The notes beneath the pieces were generated by a model. It saw only the letters and a list, made by a program, of their open reading frames with translations. It made no database searches and had not been told where the DNA came from. Made by a program: the position numbers and the translations under genes. A stretch of 64,000 bases of DNA, from contig OZ024749.1 in NCBI GenBank assembly GCA_964016885.1, positions 20,708,001-20,772,000 on the forward strand, given 5' to 3'. Below are positions 15,001 through 29,333 of the stretch, piece by piece. This DNA is from Eledone cirrhosa (lineage: Eukaryota). Positions within the stretch are counted from its first letter, which is position 1, and the number at the start of each line of letters is the position of its first letter.

Positions 15001-18000
15001 TACCTACTTACAGCTCGCTGGACTGTGACTGTTGACAGTACAGTGGACTATACCATACTGTGGTACCTACTTACAGCTAGGTGGACTGTGACTGTTGGCA
15101 CAGTACAGTGGACTATACCATACTGTGGTACCTACTTACAGCTAGCTGGACTGTGACTGTGGACTATACCAGACTGTGGTCCCTACTTACAGCTAGGTGG
15201 ACTGTGACTGTTGACAGTACAGTGGACTATACCAGACTGTGGTCCCTACTTACAGCTAGGTGGACTGTGACTGTTGGCAGTACAGTGGACTATACCAGAC
15301 TGTGGTACCTACTTACAGCTAGGTGGACTGTGACTGTTGGCACAGTACAGTGGACTATACCAGACTGTGGTACCTACTTACAGCTAGCTGGACTGTGTCT
15401 GTTGACAGTACAGTGGACTATACCAGACTGTGGTACCTACTTACAGCTAGGTGGACTGAGCTGTTGACATAGTACAGTGGACTATACCAACTGTGGTACC
15501 TACTTACAGCTAGGTGGACTGTGACTGTTGACAGTACAGTGGACTATACCAGACTGTGGTACCTACTTACAGCTAGGTGGACTGTGACTGTTGGCACAGT
15601 ACAGTGGACTATACCATACTGTGGTACCTACTTACAGCTAGCTGGACTGTGACTGTTGACAGTACAGTGGACTATACCATACTGTGGTACCTACTTACAG
15701 CTAGCTGGACTGTGACTGTTGACAGTACAGTGGACTATACCAGACTGTGGTACCTACTTACAGCTAGGTGGATTGAGCTGTTGACATAGTACAGTGGACT
15801 ATACCAACTGTGGTACCTACTTACAGCTAGGTGGACCGTGACTGTTGGCACAGTACAGTGGACTATACCAACTCTGGTACCTACTTACAGTTAGGTGGAC
15901 TGTGACTGTTGACAGTACAGTGGACTATACCATACTGTGGTACCTACTTACAGCTAGGTGGACTGAGCTGTTGACATAGTACAGTGGACTATACCATACT
16001 GTGGTACCTACTTACAGCTAGGTGGACTGTGACTGTTGACATAGTACAGTGGACTATACCATACTGTGGTATCTACTTACAGCTAGGTGGACTATACCAC
16101 ACTGTAGTCACTACTTACAGCTAGGTGGACTGTGACTGTTGACACAGTACAGTGGACTATACCATACTGTGGTATCTACTTACAGCTAGGTGGACTATAC
16201 CACACTGTGGTCACTACTTACAGCTAGGTGGACTGTGACTGTTGACACAGTACAGTGGACTATACCATACTGTGGTACCTACTTACAGGTAGGTGGACTG
16301 TGACTGTTGACATGGTACAGTGGACTATACCATACTGTGGTACCTACTTACAGCTAGGTGGACTATACCAGACTGTGGTACCTACTTACAGCTAGGTGGA
16401 CTGTGACTGTTGACATAGTACAGTGGACTATACCATACTGTGGTACCTACTTACAGCTACGTGGTCTATACCAAACTGTGGTACCTACTTACAGCTAGGT
16501 GGACTGTGACTGTTGACAGTACAGTGGACTATACCATACTGTGGTACCTACTTACAGCTAGGTGGACTGAGATGTTGACATAGTACAGTGGACTATACCA
16601 TACTGTGGTACCTACTTACAGCTCGGTGGACTGTGACTGTTGACTGTACAGTGGACTATACCATAGTGTGGTACCTACTTACAGCTAGGTGGACTGTGAC
16701 TGTTGGCACAGTAAAGTGGACTATACCATACTGTGGTACCTACTTACAGCTAGCTGGAGTGTGACTGTTGACAGTACAGTGGACTATACCAGACTGTGGT
16801 CCCTACTTACAGCTAGGTGGACTGTGACTGTTGACAGTACAGTGGACTATACCAGACTGTGGTACCTACTTACAGCTAGGTGGACTGTGACTGTTGGCAG
16901 TACAGTGGACTATACGATACTGTGGTACCTACTTACAGCTAGGTGGACTGTGACTGTTGGCACAGTACAGTGGACTATACCAGACTGTGGTACCTACTTA
17001 CAGCTAGCTGGACTGTGACTGTTGACAGTACAGTGGACTATACCAACTGTGGTACCTACTTACAGCTAGGTGGACTGTGACTGTTGACAGTACAGTGGAC
17101 TATACCATACTGTGGTACCTACTTACAGCTAGCTGGACTTAGACTGTTGACAGTACAGTGGACTATACCAGACTGTGGTACCTACTTACAGCTAGGTGGA
17201 CTGAGCTGTTGACATAGTACAATGGACTATACCAACTGTGGTACCTACTTACAGCTAGGTGGACTGTGACTGTTGACAGTACAGTGGACTATACCAACTG
17301 TGGTACCTACTTACAGCTAGGTGGACTGTGACTGTTGACACAGTACAGTGGACTATACCATACTGTGGTGGTGCCTACTTACAGCTAGGTGGACTGTGAC
17401 TGTTGGCACAATACAGTGGACTATACCATACTGTGGTGGTGCCTACTTACAGCTAGGTGGACTGTGACTGTTGGCACAGTACAGTGGACTATACCATACT
17501 GTGGTACCTACTTACAGCTAGGTGGACTGTGACTGTTGACAGTACAGTAGACTATACCATACTGTGGTACCTACTTACAGCTAGGTGGACTGTGACTGTT
17601 GGCACAGTACAGTGGACTATACCATACTGTGGTACCTACTTACAGCTAGGTGGACTGTGACTGTTGACAGTACAGTGGACTATACCATACTGTGGTATCT
17701 ACTTACAGCTAGGTGGACAGTGACTGTTGACATAGTACAGTGGACTATACCATACTGTGGTACCTACTTACAGCTAGGTGGACAGTGACTGTTGACATGG
17801 TACAGTGGACTATACCATACCGTGGTACCTACTTACAGCTAGGTGGACTATACCAGACTGTGGTACCTACTTACAGTTAGGTGGACTGTGACTGTTGACA
17901 TAGTACAGTGGACTATACCATACTGTGGTACCTACTTACAGCTATGTGGACTATACCAGACTGTGGTACCTACTTACAGCTAGGTGGACTGTGACTCGAC

Positions 18001-21000
18001 AGTACAGTGGACTATACCGTACTGTGGTACCTACTTACAGCTAGGTGGACTGAGATGTTGACATAGTACAGTGGACTATACCATACTGTGGTACCTACTT
18101 ACAGCTCGCTGGACTGTGACTGTTGACAGTACAGTGGACTATACCATACTGTGGTACCTACTTACAGCTAGGTGGACTGTGACTGTTGGCACAGTACAGT
18201 GGACTATACCATACTGTGGTACCTACTTACAGCTAGCTGGACTGTGACTGTGGACTATACCAGACTGTGGTCTCTACTTACAGCTAGGTGGACTGTGACT
18301 GTTGACAGTACAGTGGACTATACCAGACTGTGGTCCCTACTTACAGCTAGGTGGACTGTGACTGTTGGCAGTACAGTGGACTATACCAGACTGTGGTACC
18401 TACTTACAGCTAGGTGGACTGTGACTGTTGGCACAGTACAGTGGACTATACCAGACTGTGGTACCTACTTACAGCTAGCTGGACTGTGTCTGTTGACAGT
18501 ACAGTGGACTATACCAAACTGTGGTACCTACTTACAGCTAGGTGGACTGAGCTGTTGACATAGTACAGTGGACTATACCAACTGTGGTACCTACTTACAG
18601 CTAGGTGGACTGTGACTGTTGACAGTACAGTGGACTATACCAGACTGTGGTACCTACTTACAGCTAGGTGGACTGTGACTGTTGGCACAGTACAGTGGAC
18701 TATACCATACTGTGGTACCTACTTACAGCTAGCTGGACTGTGACTGTTGACAGTACAGTGGACTATACCATACTGTGGTACCTACTTACAGCTAGCTGGA
18801 CTGTGACTGTTGACAGTACAGTGGACTATACCAGACTGTGGTACCTACTTACAGCTAGGTGGATTGAGCTGTTGACATAGTACAGTGGACTATACCAACT
18901 CTGGTACCTACTTACAGCTAGGTGGACCGTGACTGTTGGCACAGTACAGTGGACTATACCAACTCTGGTACCTACTTACAGTTAGGTGGACTGTGACTGT
19001 TGACAGTACAGTGGACTATACCATACTGTGGTACCTACTTACAGCTAGGTGGACTGAGCTGTTGACATAGTACAGTGGACTATACCATACTGTGGTACCT
19101 ACTTACAGCTAGGTGGACTGTGACTGTTGACATAGTACAGTGGACTATACCATACTGTGGTATCTACTTACAGCTAGGTGGACTATACCACACTGTAGTC
19201 ACTACTTACAGCTAGGTGGACTGTGACTGTTGACACAGTACAGTGGACTATACCATACTGTGGTACCTACTTACAGCTAGGTGGACTATACCAGACTGTG
19301 GTACCTACTTACAGCTAGGTGGACTGTGACTGTTGACATAGTACAGTGGACTATACCATACTGTGGTACCTACTTACAGCTAGGTGGACTGTGACTGTTG
19401 ACATAGTACAGTGGACTATACCATACTGTGGTACCTACTTACAGCTAGGTGGTCTATACCAGACTGTGGTACCTACTTACAGCTAGGTGGACTGTGACTA
19501 TTGATAGTACAGTGGACTATACCATACTGTGGTACCTACTTACAGCTAGGTGGACTGAGATGTTGACATAGTACAGTGGACTATACCATACTGTGGTACC
19601 TACTTGCAGCTCGGTGGACTGTGACTGTTGACTGGACAGTGGACTATACCATAGTGTGGTACCTACTTACAGCTAGGTGGACTGTGACTGTTGGCACAGT
19701 AAAGTGGACTATACCATACTGTGGTACCTACTTACAGCTAGCTGGACTGTGACTGTTGACAGTACAGTGGACTATACCAGACTGTGGTCCCTACTTACAG
19801 GTAGGTGGACTGTGACTGTTGACAGTACAGTGGACTATACCAGACTGTGGTACCTACTTACAGCTAGGTGGACTGTGACTGTTGGCAGTACAGTGGACTA
19901 TACGATACTGTGGTACCTACTTACAGGTAGGTGGACTGTGACTGTTGGCACAGTACAGTGGATTATACCAGACTGTGGTACCTACTTACAGCTAGGTGGA
20001 CTGTGACTGTTGGCAGTACAGTGGACTATACGATACTGTGGTCCCTACTTACAGGTAGGTGGACTGTGACTGTTGACAGTACAGTGGATTATACCAGACT
20101 GTGGTACCTACTTACAGCTAGCTGGACTGTGACTGTTGACAGTACAGTGGACTATACCAACTCTGGTACCTACTTACAGCTAGGTGGACTGTGACTGTTG
20201 ACAGTACAGTGGACTATACCATACTGTGGTACCTACTTACAGCTAGCTGGACTTAGACATTTGACAGTACAGTGGACTATACCAGACTGTGGTACCTACT
20301 TACAGCTAGGTGGACTGAGCTGTTGACATAGTACAGTGGACTATACCAACTGTGGTACCTACTTACAGCTAGGTGGACTGTGACTGTTGACACAGTACAG
20401 TGGACTATACCATACTGTGGTGGTGCCTACTTACAGCTAGGTGGACTGTGACTGTTGGCACAGTACAGTGGACTATACCATACTGTGGTGGTGCCTACTT
20501 ACAGCTAGGTGGACTGTGACTGTTGGCACAGTACAGTGGACTATACCATACTGTGGTACCTACTTACAGCTAGGCGGACTGTGACTGTTGACAGTACAGT
20601 AGACTATACCATACTGTGGTACCTACTTACAGCTAGGTGGACTGTGACTGTTGGCACAGTACAGTGGACTATACCATACTGTGGTACCTACTTACAGCTA
20701 AGTGGACTGTGACTGTTGACAGTACAGTGGACTATACCATACTGTGGTACCTACTTACAGCTAGGTGGACTGAGCTGTGACATAGTACAGTGGACTATAC
20801 CAACTGTGGTACCTACTTACAGCTAGGTGGACTGTGACTGTTGACAGTACATTGGACTATACCATACTGTGGTACCTACTTACAGCTAGGTGGACTGAGC
20901 TGTTGACATAGTACAGTGGACTATACCAACTGTGGTACCTACTTACAGCTAGGTGGACTGTGACTGTTGACATAGTACAGTGGACTATACCAACTGTGGT

Positions 21001-24000
21001 ATCTACTTACAGCTAGGTGGACTATACCACACTGTGGTCACTACTTACAGCTAGGTGGACTGTGACTGTTGATACAGTACAGTGGACTATACCATACTGT
21101 GGTACCTACTTACAGCTAGGTGGACTGTGACTGTTGAAATGGTACAGTGGACTATACCATACCGTGGTACCTACTTACAGCTAGGTGGACTATACCAGAC
21201 TGTGGTACCTACTTACAGTTAGGTTGACTGTGACTGTTGACACAATACAGTGGACTATACCATACTGTGGTACCTACTTACAGCTAGGTGGACTATACCA
21301 GACTGTGGTACCTACTTACAGATAGGTGGACTGTGACTTGACAGTACAGTGGACTATACCATACTGTGGTACCTACTTACAGCTAGGTGGACTGAGATGT
21401 TGACATAGTACAGTGGACTATACCATACTGTGGTACCTACTTACAGCTCGCTGGACTGTGACCGTTGACAGTACAGTGGACTATACCATACTGTGGTACC
21501 TATTTACAGCTAGGTGGACTGTGACTGTTGGCACAGTACAGTGGACTATACCATACTGTGGTACCTACTTACAGCTAGCTGGACTGTGACTGTGGACTAT
21601 ACCAGACTGTGGTCCCTACTTACAGCTAGGTGGACTGTGACTGTTGACAGTACAGTGGACTATACCAGACTGTGGCCCCTACTTACAGCTAGGTGGACTG
21701 TGACTGTTGGCAGTACAGTGGACTATACCAGACTGTGGTACCTACTTACAGCTAGGTGGACTGTGGCTGTTGGCACAGTACAGTGGACTATACCAGACTG
21801 TGGTACCTACTTACAGCTAGGTGGACTGTGTCTGTTGACAGTACAGTGGACTATACCAGACTGTGGTACCTACTTACAGCTAGGTGGACTGAGCTGTTGA
21901 CATAGTACAGTGGACTATACCAACTGTGGTACCTACTTACAGCTAGGTGGACTGTGACTGTTGACAGTACAGTGGACTATACCAGACTGTGGTACCTACT
22001 TACAGCTAGGTGGAATGTGACTGTTGGCACAGTACAGTGGACTATACCATACTGTGTTACCTACTTACAGCTAGCTGGACTGTGACTGTTGACAGTACAG
22101 TGGACTATACCAGACTGTGGTACCTACTTACAGCTAGGTGGATTGAGCTGTTGACATAGTACAGTGGACTATACCAACTGTGGTACCTACTTACAGCTAG
22201 GTGGACCGTGACTGTTGGCACAGTACAGTGGACTATACCATACTGTGGTACCTACTTACAGGTAGGTGGACTGTGACTGTTGACATAGTACAGTGGACTA
22301 TACCATACTGTGGTACCTACTTACAGCTAGGTGGTCTATACCAGACTGTGGTACCTACTTACAGCTAGGTGGACTGTGACTGTTGACAGTACAGTGGACT
22401 ATACCATAATGTGGTACCTACTTACAGCTAGGTGGACTGAGATGTTGACATAGTACAGTGGACTATACCATACTGTGGTACCACTTACAGCTCGGTGGAC
22501 TGTGACTGTTGACTGTACAGTGGACTATACCATAGTGTGGTACCTACTTACAGCTAGGTGGACTGTGACTGTTGGCACAGTAAAGTGGACTATACCATAC
22601 TGTGGTACCTACTTACAGCTAGCTGGACTGTGACTGTTGACAGTACAGTGGACTATACCAGACTGTGGTCCCTACTTACAGCTAGGTGGACTGTGACTGT
22701 TGACACTACAGTGGACTATACCAGACTGTGGTACCTACTTACAGCTAGGTGGACTGTGACTGTTGGCAGTACAGTGGACTATACGATGTTGTGGTACCTA
22801 CTTACAGCTAGGTGGACTGTGACTGTTGGCACAGTACAGTGGACTATACCAGACTGTGGTACCTACTTACAGCTAGCTGGACTGTGACTGTTGACAGTAC
22901 AGTGGACTATACCAACTGTGGTACCTACTTACAGCTAGGTGGACTGTGACTGTTGACAGTACAGTGGACTATACCATACTGTGGTACCTACTTACAGCTA
23001 GCTGGACTTAGACTGTTGACAGTACAGTGGACTATACCAGACTGTGGTACTTACTTACAGCTAGGTGGACTGAGCTGTTGACATAGTACAGTGGACTATA
23101 CCAACTGTGGTACCTACTTACAGCTAGGTGGACTGTGACTGTTGACACAGTACAGTGGACTATACCATACTGTGGTGGTGCCTACTTACAGCTAGGTGGA
23201 CTGTGACTGTTGGCACAGTACAGAGGACTATACCATACTGTGGTGGTGCCTACTTACAGCTAGGTGGACTGTGACTGTTGGCACAGTACAGTGGACTATA
23301 CCATACTGTGGTACCTACTTACAGCTAGGTGGACTGTGACTGTTGACAGTACAGTAGACTATACCATACTGTGGTACCTACTTACAGCTAGGTGGACTGT
23401 GACTGTTGGCACAGTACAGTGGACTATACCATACTGTGGTACCTACTTACAGCTAGGTGGACTGTGACTGTTGACAGTACAGTGGACTATACCATACTGT
23501 GGTATCTACTTACAGCTAGGTGGACAGTGACTGTTGACATAGTACAGTGGACTATACCATACTGTGGTACCTACTTACAGCTAAGTGGACTGTGACTGTT
23601 GACAGTACAGTGGACTATACCATACTGTGGTACCTACTTACATCTAGGTGGACTGTGACTGTTGACAGTACAGTAGACTATACCATACTGTGGTACCTAC
23701 TTACAGCTAGGTGGACTGTGACTGTTGGCACAGTACAGTGGACTATACCATACTGTGGTACCTACTTACAGCTAGGTGGACTGTGACTGTTGACAGTACA
23801 GTGGACTATACCATACTGTGGTATCTACTTACAGCTAGGTGGACTGAGCTGTTGACATAGTACAGTGGACTATACCAACTGTGGTACCTACTTACAGCTA
23901 GGTGGACTGTGACTGTTGACAGTACAGTGGACTATACCATACTGTGGTACCTACTTACAGCTAGGTGGACTGAGCTGTTGACATAGTACAGTGGACTATA

Positions 24001-27000
24001 CCAACTGTGGTATTTACTTACAGCTAGGTGGTCTATACCATACTGTGGTACCTACTTACAGCTAGGTGGACTGTGACTGTTGACATAGTACAGTGGACTA
24101 TACCAACTGTGGTATTTACTTACAGCTAGGTGGTCTATACCACACTGTGGTCACTACTTACAGCTACGTGGACTGTGACTGTTGACACAGTACAGTGGAC
24201 TATACCATACTGTGGTACCTACTTACAGCTAGGTGGACTGTGACTGTTGACATGGTACAGTGGACTATACCATACCGTGGTACCTACTTACAGCTAGGTG
24301 GACTATACCAGACTGTGGTACCTACTTACAGTTAGGTGGACTGTGACTGTTGACATAGTACAGTGGACTATACCATACTGTGGTACCTACTTACAGCTAG
24401 GTGGACTATACCAGACTGTGGTACCTACTTACAGCTAGGTGGACTGTGACTTGACAGTACAGTGGACTATACCATACTGTGGTACCTACTTACAGCTAGG
24501 TGGACTGAGATGTTGACATAGTACAGTGGACTATACCATACTGTGGTACCTACTTACAGCTCGCTGGACTGTGACTGTTGACAGTGCAGTGGACTATACC
24601 ATACTGTGGTACCTACTTACAGCTAGGTGGACTGTGACTGTTGGCACAGTACAGTGGACTATACCATACTGTGGTACCTACTTACAGCTAGCTGGACTGT
24701 GACTGTGGACTATACCAGACTGTGGTACCTACTTACAGCTAGGTGGACTGTGACTGTTGACAGTACAGTGGACTATACCAGACTGTGGTCCCTACTTACA
24801 GCTAGGTGGACTGTGACTGTTGGCAGTACAGTGGACTATACCAGACTGTGGTACCTACTTACAGCTAGGTGGACTGTGACTGTTGGCACAGTACAGTGGA
24901 CTATACCAGACTGTGGTACCTACTTACAGCTAGGTGGACTGTGTCTGTTGACAGTACAGTGGACTATACCAGACTGTGGTACCTACTTACAGCTAGGTGG
25001 ACTGAGCTGTTGACATAGTACAGTGGACTATACCAACTGTGGTACCTACTTACAGCTAGGTGGACTGTGACTGTTGACAGTACAGTGGACTATACCAGAC
25101 TGTGGTACCTACTTACAGCTAGGTGGACTGTGACTGTTGGCACAGTACAGTGGACTATACCATACTGTGGTACCTACTTACATCTAGCTGGACTGTGACT
25201 GTTGACAGTACAGTGGACTATACCAGACTGTGGTACCTACTTACAGCTAGGTGGATTGAGCTGTTGACATAGTACAGTGGACTATACCAACTGTGGACCC
25301 TATTACAGCTAGGTGGACCGTGACTGTTGGCACAGTACAGTGGACTATACCAACTCTGGTACCTACTTACAGCTAGGTGGACTGTGACTGTTGACAGTAC
25401 AGTGGACTATACCATACTGTGGTACCTACTTACAGCTAGGTGGACTGTGACTGTTGACAGTACAGTGGACTATACCATACTGTGGTACCTACTTACAGCT
25501 AGGTGGACTGAGCTGTTGACATAGTACAGTGGACTATACCAACTGTGGTACCTACTTACAGCTAGGTGGACTGTGACTATTGACAGTACAGTGGACTATA
25601 CCATACTGTAGTACCTACTTACAGCTAGGTGCACTGAGCTGTTGACATAGTACAGTGGACTATACCAACTGTGGTACCTACTTACAGCTAGGTGGACTGT
25701 GACTGTTGACAGTACAGTGGACTATACCATACTGTGGTACCTACTTACAGCTAGGTGGACTGTGACTGTTTACATAGTACAGTGGACTATACCATACTGT
25801 GGTACCTACTTACAGCTAGGTGGACTGTGAATGTTGACATAGTACAGTGGACTATACCATACTGTGGTACCTACTTACAGCTAGGTGTACTGTGACTGTT
25901 GGCACAGTACAGTAGACTATACCATACTGTGGTACCTACTTACAGCTAGCTGGACTGTGACTGTGGACTATACCAGACTGTGGTCCCTACTTACAGCTAG
26001 GTGGACTGTGACTGTTGACAGTACAGTGGACTATACTAGACTGTGGTCCCTACTTACAGCTAGGTGGACTGTGACTGTTGGCAGTACAGTGGACTATACC
26101 AGACTGTGGTACCTACTTTATAGCTAGGTGGACTGTGACTGTTGGCACAGTACAGTGGACTATACCAGACTGTGGTACCTACTTACAGCTAGGTGGACTG
26201 TGTCTGTTGACAGTACAGTGGACTATACCAGACTGTGGTACCTACTTACAGGTAGGTGGACTGAGCTGTTGACATAGTACAGTGGACTATACCAACTGTG
26301 GTACCTACTTACAGCTAGGTGGACTGTGACTGTTGACAGTACAGTGGACTATACCAGACTGTGGTACCTACTTACAGCTAGGTGGACTGTGACTGTTGGC
26401 ACAGTACAGTGGACTATACCATACTGTGGTACCTACTTACAGCTAGCTGGACTGTGACTGTTGACAGTACAGTGGACTATACCAGACTGTGGTACCTACT
26501 TACAGCTAGGTGGATTGAGCTGTTGACATAGTACAGTGGACTATACCAACTGTGGTACCTACTTACAGCTCGGTGGACCGTGACTGTTGGCACAGTACAG
26601 TGGACTATACCAACTCTGGTACCTACTTACAGCTAGGTGGACTGTGACTGTTGACAGTACAGTGGACTATACCATACTGTGGTACCTACTTACAGCTAGG
26701 TGGACTGTGACTGTTGACAGTACAGTGGACTATACCATACTGTGGTACCTACTTACAGCTAGGTGGACTGAGCTGTTGACATAGTACAGTGGACTATACC
26801 AACTGTGGTACCTACTTACAGCTAGGTGGACTGTGACTATTGACAGTACAGTGGACTATACCATACTGTGGTACCTACTTACAGCTAGGTGGACTGAGCT
26901 GTTGACATAGTACAGTGGACTATACCAACTGTGGTACCTACTTACAGCTAGGTGGACTGTGACTGTTGACAGTACAGTGGACTATACCATACTGTGGTAC

Positions 27001-28420
27001 CTACTTACAGCTAGGTGGACTGAGCTGTTGACATAGTACAGTGGACTATACCATACTGTGGTACATACTTACAGCTAGGTGGACTGTGACTGTTGACATA
27101 GTACACTGGACTATACCATACTGCGGTATCTACTTACAGCTAGGTGGACTATACCACACTGTTGTCACTACTTACAGCTAGGTGGACTGTGACTGTTGAC
27201 ACTGTACAGTGGACTATACCATACTGTGGTACCTACTTACAGCTAGGTGGACTGTGACTGTTGACATGGTACAGTGGACTATACCATACTGTGGTACCTA
27301 CTTACAGCTAGGTGGACTATACCAGACTGTGGTACCTACTTACAGCTAGGTGGACTGTGACTGTTGACATAGTACAGTGGACTATACCATACTGTGGTAC
27401 CTACTTACAGCTAGGTGGACTGTGACTGTTGACAGTACAGTGGACTATACCATACTGTGGTACCTACTTACAGCTAGGTGGACTGTGACTGTTGGCACAG
27501 TACAGTGGACTATACCATACTGTGGTACCGACTTACAGCTAGGTTGACTGAGATGTTGACATAGTACACTGCACTATACCAGACTGTGGTACCTACTTAC
27601 AGCTCGGTGGACTGTGACTGTTGACAGTACAGTGGACTATACCAATTGTGGTACCTACTTACAGCTAGGTGGACTGTGACTGTTGACACAGTACAGTGGA
27701 CTATACCATACTGTGGTGGTGCCTACTTACAGCTAGGTGGACTGTGACTGTTGGCATAGTACAGTGGACTATACCATACTGTGGTGGTGCCTACTTACAG
27801 CTAGGTGGACTGTGACTGTTGGCACAGTACAGTGGACTATACCAGACTGTGGTGGTGCCTACTTACATCCAGGTGGACTGAGCTGTTGACATAGTACAGT
27901 GGACTATACCATACTGTGGTACCTACTTACAGCTCGGTGGACTGTGACTGTTGACAGTACAGTGGACTATACCAACTGTGGTACCTACTTACAGCTAGGT
28001 GGACTGTGACTGTTGACACAGTACAGTGGACTATACCATACTGTGGTGGTGCCTACTTACCGCCAGGTGGACTGTGACTGTTGGCACAGTACAGTGGACT
28101 ATACCATACTGTGGTGGTGCCTACTTACAGCTAGGTGGACTGTGACTGTTGGCACAGTACAGTGGACTATACCATACTGTGGTACCTACTTACAGCTAGG
28201 TGGACTGTGACTGTTGACAGTACAGTGGACTATACCTTACTGTGGTATCTACTTACAGCTAGGTGGACTATACCATACTATGGCCCCTAATTACAGCTTG
28301 GTGGACTGTACCATACTGTGTTCCCTACATACAGCTAGGTGGACTATACCACACTGTGGTACCTACATACAGCTAGGTGGACTATACTACACTGTGGTAC
28401 CTACTAACATTTAGGTAGAC
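1..28420. repeat. Satellite array, ~63 bp monomer (38 bp subunit A + 25-27 bp subunit B), roughly 450 monomers, running off the left edge of the window
   Basis: Continuous repeats of GTGGACTATACCATACTGTGGTACCTACTTACAGCTAG (A) and GTGGACTGTGACTGTTGAC(AT)AGTACA (B). Monomers are 62-65 bp, with occasional A-only units. Confidence 0.98.
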
Positions 28421-28859
28421 AGGCTGGTGTCTGATTCCTATCATATTTATTCTCTCCTTCAATACCTATTTATCACCTTAGCTTAGCATAAGGGAGAAAA
28501 ACCAACAGATCAGCGGAAGCAGATCTTTGTTATTACCAGGGACAATGAACGCTATGTTGACTCAGCAAAACACTCTGTAATCTATGATGACATCAGCACA
28601 GCGTATTGACCGGCAGCCATTTTGTTTGGCAACACGTCTCGTCGAAGTTGAAAGCGACACCGAAAGTTATTTTAATGGTCAGGCAGACGATAATATGGAC
28701 ACTAGTGTCCACTGACGCTGTACTCGCAGCTATCATCGTTTAAACATCATAAAACATCAAAGAATTTGATGAAGCCGACATGACTTAACATGGGAGAATG
28801 TCATATCAGATGTGCTAAAGGTAAATAGCTGACATGTTAAAACTGTATTTGTAAAGACT

Positions 28860-29207
28860 GAAGAAAGGGGAGAGAAGAGGGAGGAGAGAAGATGATGGAA
28901 GATGGAGAGAGGGGGAAGAGGGACTGAAGAGGGGAGACGGAAGAGTTGAGAGAGGGGAGAGAAGGGAGGGAAGAGAGAAGATGCCGGCAGACGGGGAGAG
29001 GGGAGAAGAGGACTGAAGAGGGGAGACTGAAAATGTGAGAGGGGAAAAAGGAAGAAGGGAAGGAGTGAGGGAGACGAAAGAGAGGGGAGCGGAAGATAGG
29101 AAGGAGAAAGAGAGTAGGGAGTGAGGGAGTAGAAAGGGAGAGAAGTGAAAAGAAGGGGAGAGAGGGGCTAGAGGGGATAGGAAAGAGAGGGGAGAGGAGA
29201 GGGAAGA
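28860..29207. repeat. Purine-rich (GA) low-complexity tract
   Basis: Almost only G and A on the + strand; contains an imperfect internal repeat (GACTGAAGAGGGGAGA). Confidence 0.9.
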
Positions 29208-29333
29208 CGTGTCGTCTGCAATCTTATATCACAGGACAAGATTGTGTTAACGATGTAAAAATAAACGATAAAACATGATGTTTGAGTTCATATTTTGAGA
29301 CATGTTGTTAATGTTGTTACTGTTGTTCTTATT

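Noticed and set aside
35-28414. Dozens of ORFs with TVDSTVDYTILWYLLTARWTV repeats
   Set aside because: A by-product of a 63 bp stop-free frame. Frequent 62, 64, 65 and 38 bp monomers break the frame, and most starts are GTG or TTG, so there is no sign of coding constraint.
28403-28414. TACTAAC..TTAG resembling a branch point and acceptor at the array end
   Set aside because: Explained as a mutated TACTTACAGCTAG of the last monomer; spacing is too short and no convincing exon follows.
1-28420. CRISPR-like appearance (constant 38 bp unit alternating with a more variable ~26 bp unit)
   Set aside because: The intervening units are variants of one sequence rather than unique spacers; there are no cas genes and the context is eukaryotic.
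28696-28711. 16 bp perfect palindrome TGGACACTAGTGTCCA near the array edge
   Set aside because: A single short occurrence; could be chance and has no supporting context.
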